DNA from: Mantamonas sphyraenae STR306
Taxonomy: Eukaryota > Protista > CRuMs
Direction of reading: 5' to 3'
DNA length: 64,000 nt
NCBI GenBank assembly: GCA_026936335.1
Contig: JAPMXV010000003.1
Location: 1 to 64,000, forward strand
Part shown: positions 21,195 to 32,508 of the stretch, piece after piece
Numbering within the stretch: the first letter of the stretch is position 1
How the letters are laid out: each line of letters opens with the position of its first letter
Position numbers and translations under genes: made by a program
The notes under the pieces: model-generated
What the model was told of the DNA's origin: nothing
Databases searched by the model: none
The model's input: the letters and a program-made list of their open reading frames with translations, nothing else

Positions 21195-24100
21195 ACTCGT
21201 GCCTAAGAAACCCACAGATCAACATCGCCACTCGCTCCGGCACGCCCGTCTCGGTCAAATCCTTTGCGTCCGCTGCAACCACTCGCGCCAGCTGGTACCC
21301 AAAGCACCGCAGCACATGATGTGCCAGTACCACGTTGACCCCAGGTATTTCAGACAAGAACCCTACTGCTGGATGCAGTGCCCGTGATGGCATGCGCACC
21401 TCCTCCTCGCGACCCTCTTGCTCCTCCAGCCGCCTCTCCAGCAAACTGTGCACAATGAACCCCGTATGTTCCGTCGAGTCCGAGTATGCCATGGCACTCA
21501 CTTCCTTCACGTCGATTGCCACCTCGGCAAACAGCTTCTGCACCCTTTTCGTGGGCAGCAATTGGATGTCCTTGTTTCGCAGGTCCTCCGCCAGACTCCA
21601 CGACATCGACGACGCCTTTGCGTCTCGAAGCTGCTCAAACACCACGTGAAGGTGCTTGAAGCTCTGCATCAGCTGCCGCAGCTCCTTGGACACATTCTTC
21701 GCTTGATCAAACCGACGAACAAGCACCGCCGTCTCGTGGTCCAGAATGACGCTCGCGTCCTCCTCCCGCAGATCATGGCTCACCAGGCACCTCACTCCAT
21801 ATTGCGTCCTCAGGATGTGTGCCATCTCCGAGTACCGTGGGTTCACAATTGCCGTTTTCCCGCCCACATCCACGGATGCTTCCCATTCTTCCTCCTCATC
21901 ATCATCGTCATTCTCATCCTCTTCTTCTTCCTCCTCCTCCTCACCTTCATCCCACTGCACCACGCTGTCGCCATGCTCCCTCATCAGCCTAGCCGCATCC
22001 GGAATGTGGAAGCGGAACCTCCCTTCCTCTTCTTCCTCATCCTGGGCCCCGTGCAACATCCTGTACATGCTTGGTGTGCCTCCCAAACCACCAAAAGACT
22101 CCTCCACCTCGCCTTCGTCCGCAATAAACGCCCTGTCCTGTGTGTTTGGCATGTCCAGGTCCCCGCTCAACCGCGACGAGATTCCGCTTTCCTGCGACAC
22201 TCCCGCCTCCTCGTCCACAAACTGAAGCAGCCGCTTCCTTCTGTCTCTCAGACGCCGTCTCCTCTCCTCGCCAACCACCTCAATATCCTGTTGACTGGTT
22301 TCCACAGCCACACGCTTCACACGCGACTTGGCGTTCGACGGCAGCGAAAACTTGCTCGCGCTCCCCGACGACGACGACGATCCCCCAGAGGATGACCACC
22401 GCCCTGAGCCAAACGCCACCACGGGTGTCCTTGTTCTCCCCTGACTTTCAGGCGTTCTGCTCACCTCCATCGACGACTGCGAATCCTCCACCAACGCCGC
22501 ACGCCTTGCCTTGCTTCTCCTCCCTCCAATCATCACTTCCTCATCCTCATCCTCATCCTCATCCTCATCCTCATCCTCATCCTCATCCTCATCCTCATCC
22601 TCATCCTCGCTATTCCCAACCTCTTCAATCTCGTCATCCTCAAAGTCGTCTTCGTCCTGTGCAAACGCCCCTGGTGGCAGCGGGATATCCGAACACGCCA
22701 CATCTTCCTGTGCCCCTTCCACATCCATCCCATCCCCGTCCCCCTCCCTCTCGCGCTCCCTTTCTCCATCAGCTTCACCGTCAACATCCCCCATGTCGTC
22801 AAACGCATCCAGCAAGGCTGCCTCCATCCCACTCCCGACGGATGACACCCGCCCCTCCTGCTTTCCATGACCCCCTGTCACTTTGCGCTGTTCTTCCTCC
22901 ACCATCCCCAGCCACAAGTCCACTTTTTTCCACAGTTTCGATCGCCCCGCTCGCCCACGCTTCAACGGCGAACCCGTGCGCAGCTCACGATCTATCTCTC
23001 GCCGCAGCTGCCGAGTCCATCGCCCCATGTTCCACTCGTCCACCTCGTACTCAAGCATCTGTGACGCCATCCCCAACGTGTCTGACCGCACGCGCGAACG
23101 TCCGATCCGCTGCCCGGGCACAAACAGCTCCGTTGTGCTCACCCTGTTCAGCCTCCTTGTTGTGCTCTCCCGTCCTGCCTGCAACATCACCAACTTCACA
23201 TACTCCAACCGAGCCCGATTTCGTCTCACCTCCGCCTCTTTCCGCAGCGTTCGCTTGCTTGGTGTCTTTTGTGCACGTTCCTTGCGCTTCCTCTCCTTCT
23301 CCTTCTTCTTCAGCTCACGTGCACTCACAAACTCGCCAATCTCCATCACTTGTTTGCGCAGCACCGGCTTCACGTGCGCCGGAATCATCCTGTTTGTCCC
23401 CGCAAACAACGGGATCTGCTTCCGCTCCAGAGCACGCCGCAGACTCACGTGCAGCCCTTTCTGCAGATCCGCTGTCCTGCTGCTTCTTCCCTCTTCCAAT
23501 CCGCTCGTCACAAGCTCCACAATACGCCCCTTCCGTGCACGTCCCGTGCGCCCCATCCGCTGCACCGTGCGTGTGACCGACGACATGGCATCGTAGCACA
23601 CAATCAGATCCACCTCTCCCACGTCCAGGCCTTCCTCTCCGATGCACGTCGCCACAAGCGTATTCAGTAGGCCCGACCGAAAGTCTTCTATCACCTGTAG
23701 TTGCATCTGTCCCGTAACCCGCCCGACCGCCTGCTTCCGACCCGCCCCTTTGCCCACAAACGGGCTAGACTTGACCAAAGGTCCCATGCGCGATAGATGT
23801 GTGTGCAGCATCTCTACCGTTGGCCGCCGCTCAGCAAACACAATGACACGCGTCTCCTGGTGCTCCTCAAAGTGCTTGCCGATCACACGCATCAGCTCCG
23901 CCACCTTGGGATGCTCCTCACCTCGTGCTACCGCATCCTTCAGCAACACCAGCAGCGCACGCATCGATGTGTCTTGTGCCAACGCACGCCGTGCATTCGA
24001 CAGCCGGTCGCCCTCAAACAGCGCCTCTAAAATTGAAAGCGCAAGCGAGTTGGACTGTGCCGTCAACGCCTGACGTGCACGTGCCAGTTCCCTCGCCAAG

Positions 24101-25564
24101 CTCAGCAAGCTCGAAATCATAAACTTGCTTGACGGATCCCTCTGGCCCGACGAGACCTGCGCGTTCAGCATTCTGATCGCCTTGACCACCGTCAGCACAC
24201 TCACGTACTCTGCGTTGTTGTACGCAAGCACCCTGTGCCGAAACAGCTGCTGCACAATTGGATTTAGACACGCAACCAGCAGCCGCGTCGCCTCGTTCAT
24301 CAACCCGTTTGGCTGAACCGTCACACGCTCGATCTTGCGCGTGTACGTGTACTGCTGGATGTCGATGTCCGTTTCTGCCTTGACCTCGACGTGCGACACG
24401 AGCAGATTCTTCACTATCTGCGTCGTCACCTGCAAGTTGTCTCCCGGCGTCGCCGTCAGCGCCACAATTCGAAACTGCCGTGTGTATGCCGAAATCTCGC
24501 GTACCAGTGTACAGTACGGATGATTGCGCCGCGCTTTGTGAGCCTCGTCCAACACCACGCATACAATCTGGTCTGCAGGGCACACCCCTTCGTGGATGTC
24601 GTTCACCAGCGTTTGCGGCGTCATAAAGAACACTCTGTGCTTCTTCCACTTGGCTTTACCCCCACACACAGGTGTCAGTCGTTTGTTGCCTCGTGCCATC
24701 TCGTTCTCTCCTCCCATCTCCCACATGTGCTCACGTACCCGGCCGTTGTTGCCTTTGGTCCCCCGTCAGCTCGCACATCATCTGCTGCGGGATGCCCATC
24801 ACGTTGTGGCACGACTCCAGCTGCTGCGTCACCAGTGTTCGTGTCGGCGCCACAAACACCACCTTGCCTGTGGGGTACCACCTGTAAAAGTTGTACATCA
24901 CCACCGCTCCCACAAATGTCTTGCCCAGGCCCGTCGGCAGACAGATCAGCGAATTTTGCATCAACGAGCTGCGCACACAGCTCAGCTGGTATGTACGCAG
25001 AGGCTTGTTGATCGGATAGACCCACTCCTGTGCTGCCTGCAGGTCCAGTTCCGGCGGTGAGCGTCCGCTCGCCACCATCCCCTTGGCTTCGGGTCTCCAC
25101 AGCTTTGGCTCGCTGACACCCGTGCTAAACCCACTGCTGTGGCTAGTGCGTGCCAGCCCAGACTCGTCTAGGTACTTGAACGCTTCCGGCAGCGCCGCCG
25201 CTGATTCTTGGCGCGAGTTCCCGAGATCAGTGTCTTCCTCGCTTCTTTCTTCCTCCCCGCCCGCTCCTGCTTCAAACGCATCCATCGCCTGCGCAAGCGC
25301 TTCTTCCAGCTCCAGATCACACACCAGCTCCACGCCTCCTCCCATTCTCTCCGCCTTCTCTTTGCCCTTCTCCCTCCTGTCAGCCGTGTCCTCCACCTCC
25401 ATTCCCTTGGACACTTCTTCCCGCTGCTCCACCTGCTCCACCGCCGCTAGCAATTCCGCTTCGTCCACGTCGTCCAACCAGTCCATTTCACCAAACTCGG
25501 CGGCTCTCCCACTGTCACTGCCAGTGCTGCTGCCACTACTGCTGCTGCTACAACTTGAGTCCAT
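21172..25564 (-). CDS. FANCM: FANCM/Mph1 DEAH helicase with C-terminal degenerate ERCC4-like and HhH region, 2 exons
   Basis: WVYPINKPLRTYQ, CLPTGLGKT, MYNFYRWYPTGKVVFVAPTR, VFFMTPQTLVND, LDEAHKA, LTATPG, HPKV, ATCIGEEGLDVGEVDLIVCYD, QRMGRTGRAR; C-terminal FLSEIPGVN. Confidence 0.95.
22540..22607. repeat. (TCCTCA)n microsatellite encoding (ED)n in FANCM
   Basis: About 11 perfect hexamers. Confidence 0.95.
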
Positions 25565-25669
25565 CCACCCTTCGTGGCCCCACAAGCGCAGCCCTCCACC
25601 GTCCCCACCACACACAACGATGGATCCAATTTTCCGTTCTTCATTTCTCGTCAGCACTTCGCTTCCCGA

Positions 25670-26726
25670 TTACTCGGCGGCGGTGGCCTCAAAGTCCTCC
25701 ACCAGCTCCGGGATGTCGTCGTCGTCGTCACCCTCGTCGCCCAGGTCCAGATCCTCCGCACCCTTGGCCGAGCCGGCCAGCAGCTCCTGCAGCACGCCAA
25801 AGTTGGCCTGTCCCATCTGCTGGATCACACCCGGCAGCAAAGCCTTAATCGACGACATGGTGTGCTTGCCCGACACCACCAGCGTGTTGTTGTTCGTCGC
25901 AATGGCCACTGTGTATGTTTGACGTGTCGTGTGTAGTGTGCAATGTGCAGTGTGCCCTTGTTCTGTCAGCGTCCACTTCCTCCACTCCCTGCCCAGTCCT
26001 CTCACTCTCTCCCCCGGGCCACGAATTAAATTTTTGCATGCAGTACTCTCTGCTACCTCGCCTTGCCCTCGCATACGCCCTTCCACACCGTCCTTTGCCA
26101 TGCACGACGCTTCCTCGTAAACATGCACACCTCCTCCCGGCAGTGTTTGTCTCTCCCCATGCCCTTGGTCGTTGCTGCCTGCCATCTCCTGGTCCGCTTC
26201 CACGATCCCCAAACCAGAATGGCGCCACCTCGACAACTTCCCGCACCTCCCACCCCTTCCACACACATCCCCTGTCGGACACTCCTCGCGCACACGTCCA
26301 CCTCTCTGCTACAAACTCACCCTGCGGGTTCACAAAGTGCATCACATCGCCTCCGTCCAGGAAGAAGTTGGCCTCGTCGCAGCCCTGAATCGGCTGCAGC
26401 TGAGCCTTCTTCATGGCCGCGGACAGTCCCTTCTCGTTCGAGCTTGCGCCCTTGCGCTGCACCAGCTTCTTGCGGCGCATCGTACCCTTGCCTCCAGTTC
26501 GCACCTTGGCTTGCAGCTTGGCCAGCTTCTCAGCGTTCCTGCAAAGAACACAGCCCCACATCCAGTGCATTCGCGCGTCAGCCATTTTTGCCCCTCTCAC
26601 TCAACACCCACAAGACCACGCAGTCCATACGCCACTCCTCCCGTCACGCATGCACCCGTCATGCACTCCTTGGCTGCGGTCCACTCTTTCTTCCCTCCAT
26701 CCTCGACCTCTACGCTCCGCCTACAT
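25670..26726 (-). CDS. BTF3: Nascent polypeptide-associated complex beta subunit; start codon predicted to be split by intron 1
   Basis: (M)NAEKLAKLQAKVRTGGKGTMRRKK, FVNPQ|VAIATNNNTLVVSG, LLPGVIQQMG, DDDDIPELVEDFE. Confidence 0.93.
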
Positions 26727-26841
26727 TCTATCGGTTTTTCTCGTGGCGAGGCTCGCGCTCCGCTCAGCTCCCCACCCACGCACCCCCAACCCAAACCTGC
26801 AACCCACACACACACACCCACACACAAGACGACCGTCGCCC

Positions 26842-27912
26842 ATGTCCTCCACCACTTCCTCCTCCTCGGGCTCGGCCTCCAAGTCCACCCTCGTTCAGAT
26901 CACACACACCAAGATCAAAAAGTACCACAGGCAGATCACACACATCAACCCGCTCTCAGACATCTCCTTTGACTACCCCGTCAGTCCCGACGACATGGAC
27001 TGGGCAGAACACTACCCACAGTATGCAGACTCTGAAACCCCGGGCAAAACCACACAAGACGTCGTCTTTGCCGACGTCGGCTGCGGCTACGGCGGCCTCC
27101 TCGTCAACCTCGCCAAGCACTACCCCGACAAGCTCGCCGTCGGCATGGAGATCCGCGATCGTGTTTGTCAATACGTACACCAACGCATCGCCGATCTCCG
27201 CTCCGCCCACGAAGGCCAAGGCGGCGGAGGAGACGACGGTCAGCACGACCCCTACCAGAACGCTTCCATCATCCGCATCAACGCCATGAAGTTCCTCCCA
27301 AACTTTTTCAAGCAAGGCCAGCTTGAGAAGCTGTTTTTCCTCTTTCCCGACGTACGTCTCCTTCTCTACCCTCGCGCCCGTCATGCGTCCAACTGCCGTC
27401 CCCCGCAAACACACGCCCTGTCCCCTGCCCACACCCATTCCCGCACCCTGAAGTTCACATGCTCACCCCGCTCCCCCCTTCCCTTCCCCCCCCATACGTT
27501 CTCCTCCGCCCCCTTTCTCCCCTATCCCGCGCAGCCCCACTTCAAGCAGGCCAACCATCGCCGCCGCATCGTCACCACCTCCCTCCTCGCCGAATACGCC
27601 TATCTCATCAAGGTCGGCGGTATCCTCTACACAGTCACCGACGTCGAAGACCTCCACCTGTGGATGAAGGAGCACCTGCAAGCACACCCGCTCTTTGAGC
27701 TCCTCCAAGACGACGAACTCGAGGACGACCTCGCCGCACAGCTCATCCTCAACAGCAGCGAGGAGGCTGGCAAGGTCGACAAGAGTGGCGGCAGCAAGTA
27801 CCGCGCCATCTTTCGACGCATCGAGTTTGATCCCTCTGCACACGGCATCTTCAAGGACACCATGTGCGACGAGTTTGTCAAGGGTCCCAACGCCGACGCA
27901 GAAACAGAGTGA
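26842..27912 (+). CDS. METTL1: tRNA (guanine-N7)-methyltransferase catalytic subunit Trm8/METTL1; intron 27352-27534
   Basis: HINPLSD, FADVGCGYGGLL, GMEIRDRV, NAMKFLPNFFKQGQLEKLFFLFPD|PHFKQANHRRRIV, TVTDVEDLHLWM. Confidence 0.95.
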   Translation: MSSTTSSSSGSASKSTLVQITHTKIKKYHRQITHINPLSDISFDYPVSPDDMDWAEHYPQYADSETPGKTTQDVVFADVGCGYGGLLVNLAKHYPDKLAVGMEIRDRVCQYVHQRIADLRSAHEGQGGGGDDGQHDPYQNASIIRINAMKFLPNFFKQGQLEKLFFLFPDVRLLLYPRARHASNCRPPQTHALSPAHTHSRTLKFTCSPRSPLPFPPHTFSSAPFLPYPAQPHFKQANHRRRIVTTSLLAEYAYLIKVGGILYTVTDVEDLHLWMKEHLQAHPLFELLQDDELEDDLAAQLILNSSEEAGKVDKSGGSKYRAIFRRIEFDPSAHGIFKDTMCDEFVKGPNADAETE

Positions 27913-27966
27913 ATTGCGCACTGCAACCGCAATCATTTCCCATCCCCATCCATTCTTCTCTTTCAT

Positions 27967-28836
27967 TCACTCTGCTTTGCGCTTGCCCTTCTTGGCTCCC
28001 GCCTTCCTCTTGCCCTCCTCTGCCTCTACCCTCGCCTTGGCCCTGGCTTTGCTTTCTTCGTTCAGTCGCACCAGCCGCGCCTGAGCCTCTTCCTTCAGCT
28101 CGTCCAGTTTGAAGAAGCGAATCAGCGAGCGCCGGTCCATGTTCACCTGTTTCACCTTGCCCTCATCATCCACAGGTGGGTATCGCCCCAATTCCTTCCC
28201 GTTCTCCAGAAGCAACACCGTCGGCAGCTGCTTCGAGTACCCACTCGTATCAATGTCGTACCGCTGCGCAATCCCGGCGTACCTGCCCACGTCCACCTTG
28301 TGGAAGGTCAGAAACGTGCTGCCGTACTCCACGCTCAGGTCCGCAAACACCGGCGCGAAATGCACACACGGCGGCGACCATGTCGCCATCAGCTCCACCA
28401 CGTTGTACACGTTGTTCTCGCGCAAAAGACTCGGAAACGTGCTTTCGTTGTGGCTCCTGATGTCCTGCGGCCCCTCAAACACAGGCGGAACCAGCGACAC
28501 AAACGCAAGCGCACACGCGCACGCGTAGTATGCCATGAACAGCAGGTCTACCTGCGACAGAAGCACCAACAACGCAACCTTGCCAAACAGATACAGCGTG
28601 TCCAGGTACTTATCCATGCTGTTTGCGCTAAACGTACGTGCAAACAGCAGCAGACCCAAACTCGTCAGGATCTGCCCCTCCACCGTGCTTCCAAAGTTGC
28701 CCTTGCCCAGCCCCTCCTGCGGCAGATACCCTCGCCACCCCGCGTAGCCCACCGTCAATCCCATATTGATGGCGTGGTACATGCATACAAACCGCTTCAG
28801 CGGCACAATGTCCCGTTTCCACTGTGGCCAACGCAT
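27967..28836 (-). CDS. TMX2: Thioredoxin-related transmembrane protein 2-like
   Basis: TM segments, then WSPPCVHFAPVFADLS (SxxC), KVDVGRY, SKQLPTVLLLENGKELGRYP; C-terminal KRKAE ER-retrieval-like signal. Confidence 0.85.
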   Translation of the reverse strand: MRWPQWKRDIVPLKRFVCMYHAINMGLTVGYAGWRGYLPQEGLGKGNFGSTVEGQILTSLGLLLFARTFSANSMDKYLDTLYLFGKVALLVLLSQVDLLFMAYYACACALAFVSLVPPVFEGPQDIRSHNESTFPSLLRENNVYNVVELMATWSPPCVHFAPVFADLSVEYGSTFLTFHKVDVGRYAGIAQRYDIDTSGYSKQLPTVLLLENGKELGRYPPVDDEGKVKQVNMDRRSLIRFFKLDELKEEAQARLVRLNEESKARAKARVEAEEGKRKAGAKKGKRKAE

Positions 28837-28897
28837 CCTGGTTTCCCTGCCTTGCCCAACGCAAAAAAAACCAGGCATCCACACCACTGCACCCACC

Positions 28898-31800
28898 ATG
28901 GATTCTGCCGACCTTTTCAACGTCTTTGACGAGGACGACGACACACCCGGTGTTGCCTCCTCCTCCTCCTCTGCTTCCTCCTCCTCCGCTTCCTCCTCCT
29001 CCAAGGCTGCTTCCCAGGCCGCCATTGTGCGCGAGACCATGGATTACGACTCGGGCGTCTCAAAGGCCACTGCAGAGGAGCTGGCACACTCCATGGCCCA
29101 GAGCAAGCGCCCGGCCAAACGGAAGGTCGCTCCGGCCAACGACAAAGACCACAACAACGACTCATTGGAAACAGACGCCCAGGATTCCAAGCGTCAGCGC
29201 ACTGATGCACACCAGGATGACTCGTACGTGTGCCCTCCCTGCCCATTCACCCTCCCTGCCTTCTCACACGACAAAATCCGCCACGACACATGCAGCGACC
29301 CCTCCGCTGCTGCCGCTTCCTCTGCTGCAAAGATTTCCATCGACGCCAAGCAACAGCTCACCATGGAAGACCTCAACCCTGACGACGAAACCATTTTCAA
29401 GCGCGAGGCCATGCACGAGGTCTGCCTCCCGTCAGATGACTTTCCAGTTGCAGAACACACACGCAACCCCGTCGACCCTGTCGACCCCGCACGCACATAT
29501 CCCTTCAAACTCGATCCTTTCCAACGCATTGCCGGTATGTCTATTTCTCCTCCGCCCTCTGTCATCTTTGCCCTTCCCTGTCCTCCCACGAGCCTCTCCC
29601 GTGTCCCCAGTGCACTCGCTTTCCGCTTGGCGACCATTCCACGCTTCCCACAACCCTTTCCCCCCCTCCTCCTCCCCCCTCTACAAGCACCACCCTCCTC
29701 TAACCCCGCATAACCCCGTTAATCCGTTCTCCCCCACCCCTCTCGTCCCCTTTCTCGTGGCCACTCCCAGTCGCCTGCATCGAACAAAACGAGTCCGTCC
29801 TCGTCTCTGCACACACCTCCGCCGGAAAGACCGTTGTGGCAGAGTATGCCATCGCAAAGTCACTCAAAAACAACCAGCGTGTCATCTACACCTCCCCTAT
29901 CAAAGCTCTCAGCAACCAAAAGTTCCGCGAACTTACCGAAGAGTTTACCGACGTCGGCCTCATGACTGGCGACGTCACCATCAACCCAAACTCTTCCTGC
30001 CTCGTCATGACCACTGAGATTCTGCGCTCCATGCTCTACCGCGGCTCAGAGATTATGCGCGAAGTCTCCTGGGTCATTTTCGACGAGATTCACTACATGC
30101 GCGACAAAGAGCGCGGCGTCGTCTGGGAGGAAACCATCATCCTTCTCGACCCCGCCGTCCGCTTTGTGTTTCTCTCCGCCACCATCCCCAACGCACGCGA
30201 GTTTGCTGGCTGGATCGCACAGACCCACCAGGAGCCCTGCCACGTCGTCTACACCGAGTTCCGTCCAACCCCGCTCATGCACTACATCTTCCCCTCGGGT
30301 GCAGACGGTCTCTTTCTCGTCGTCGACGAAAAGAGCAACTTCCTCGAGGACAACTTCCACAAGGCCCTCTCACACCTCTCCAACGAAGAGCAGAAAGATC
30401 AAAAATCCAACCGTCGCCAGAAGCGCCAGAGCGCCGCCAAGGACTGCTACAGCATCGTGCGCATGATCATGCAGCGCAATTACGATCCCGTCATCGTCTT
30501 TAGCTTCTCCAAGCGCGATTGCGAAACCCTCGCCGTCCAGATGGCAAAACTCGACCTTACCACCGACGATGAGAAGGAACTCATCGACGATATCTTTGGC
30601 AAGGCCATGGATTCCCTCAGCGAGCAGGACAGGCATCTTCCCCAGATCGACAACATCCTCCCCCTGCTCAAGCGCGGCATTGGCATCCATCACGGCGGCC
30701 TTTTGCCAATCCTCAAGGAAGTCATCGAGCTTCTCTTCCAAGAACAACTCCTCAAGGTTCTTTTTGCCACAGAGACCTTTTCCATCGGTCTCAACATGCC
30801 TGCAAAGACCGTCGTCTTTACAAATGTCCGCAAGTTTGACGGCTCCTCCTTCCGCTGGATCACAGGTGGCGAGTACATCCAGATGAGTGGTCGTGCAGGC
30901 CGTCGTGGTCTCGACGATCGCGGCATTGTCATTCTCATGGTCGATGAAAAGATGGAGCCTGCCGTAGCCAAGGGCATGCTCAAGGGGCACGCCGATCCCC
31001 TCAACAGCTCTTTCCATCTCTCCTACAACATGCTCCTGAACATGATTCGCCGCTCTTCGCAGGACGCCAGCCCAGAAACCATGCTGCAAAAGTGTTTCCT
31101 CCAGTTCCAGAACAACCGTGCCCTCCCTGCTCTCCTCGAAAAGAAGGACCGCCTCCAGGAAGAACACGACGCCATCGTCGTCCCGTCCCAGGATCTCATC
31201 CACAAGTACTACGAAATCGATAGCACCCTCAAGAAGCTCCATGAAGGCGTTCGCTCCTTTGCCATGGACGTCACAAACGTCCTCCGCTATCTCCAGCCCG
31301 GACGCCTTGCTCTCGTCTCGGAAAACTGGGGCTGGGGCGTCATCATCAACTTCCAAAGGCGTGACCGACGCAAAAGTTCGCGCGGAAACCTCCCTGCAGA
31401 CGAGGCCAACAAGGTGGTCGTCGATATCCTGCTCCCGTGCCAAGCTCAAAGTTCCAGCAGCTCCTCCTCCTCCTCTTCTTCCTCCTCCTCCTCCTCCTCC
31501 TCCTCCTCCTCAGAGCCTACCCCGCATACATCCGGCACTCCTGAGTACCACGTTGTGCCCATCCTTCTCGACATGCTGGATTCGCTGGCCTCCATCTGCC
31601 TGAAACTGCCGCTTGATCTGCGCTCGTCCAAGGCCAAGCAGACACTTGGCAAAACCATGCGTCAAGTCGTGGACAAGCGATTCAAGGGCTCTCCTCCTCG
31701 CCTTGATCCCATCGAAGACATGGGCATTACCGACCCCGACCTGAAGCAAGCTCTGGAAATGGTCGAGCGTCTCGAGCAGCAGCTGCACTCCATCACCGAA

Positions 31801-32508
31801 AACGTCTCGGCCGAAGAGCTGGAGGCCCAGTTGCCACAGTATCAACGCAAAATGGCCCTGGCGGCAGAGATCAAGGCCATCAAAAAGCGCACCCGCAACT
31901 CGGAGAGCGCCGAGCTCACCGACAACCTGCGCAACATGAAGAACGTCCTCATCTCACTTGGCTACCTTTCCCACGAGGGCGTCATCACACAGCGCGGCCG
32001 AGTCGCTGCAGAGATCAACACAGCCGACGAGCTCCTCCTCACCGAACTCATCTTCCGCAACGCCTTCCAGGAGCTCAGCGTGCCCCAATGCGTCGCCATG
32101 CTCAGTTGCCTCATGCAACCGGAAAAGTCGGAAAAGAGTGTTTCCCTGAAGGAGGAGCTTGCTGGTCCACTGCGCATCCTTCAAGAGGCCGCGCGCCACA
32201 TCGCTCAGGTTAGCTCTGAAAAGAAGATTGCCGTCGACGTCGAAGAGTACGTGGAGAGCTTCCGCCCCACCCTCATGGATGTCGTCATGTCCTGGTGCAA
32301 CGGCGTCAAGTTTGTGGACATCTGCAAGATGACGGACATTTTTGAAGGCTCCATCATTCGCGTGCTTCGCCGCCTCGAAGAATTGCTGCGCCAGTGCTGC
32401 CAGGCATCCAAAGCCATGGGCAACACGGACTTGGAGAACAAGTTTGCCCAAGGCATTACCCTCATCAAGCGAGACATTGTCTTTATGGCGAGTCTGTACC
32501 TTGCGTGA
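28898..32508 (+). CDS. MTR4: Mtr4 exosome RNA helicase, 3 exons
   Basis: YPFKLDPFQ, SAHTSAGKT, YTSPIKALSNQK, EILRSMLYRGSEIMREV, FDEIHYM, LSATIPNA, QMSGRAGRRG, arch domain, FEGSIIR...IKRDIVFMASLYL. Confidence 0.96.

Noticed and set aside
27352-27534. 61-aa insertion in the Trm8 catalytic domain, as shown by the ORF track
   Set aside because: It is a 183-nt stop-free GT-AG intron splitting the conserved FPD|PHFK motif
29695-29720. Interstitial telomere-like TAACCC pair in an MTR4 intron
   Set aside because: Only two degenerate, non-tandem copies in a C-rich intron
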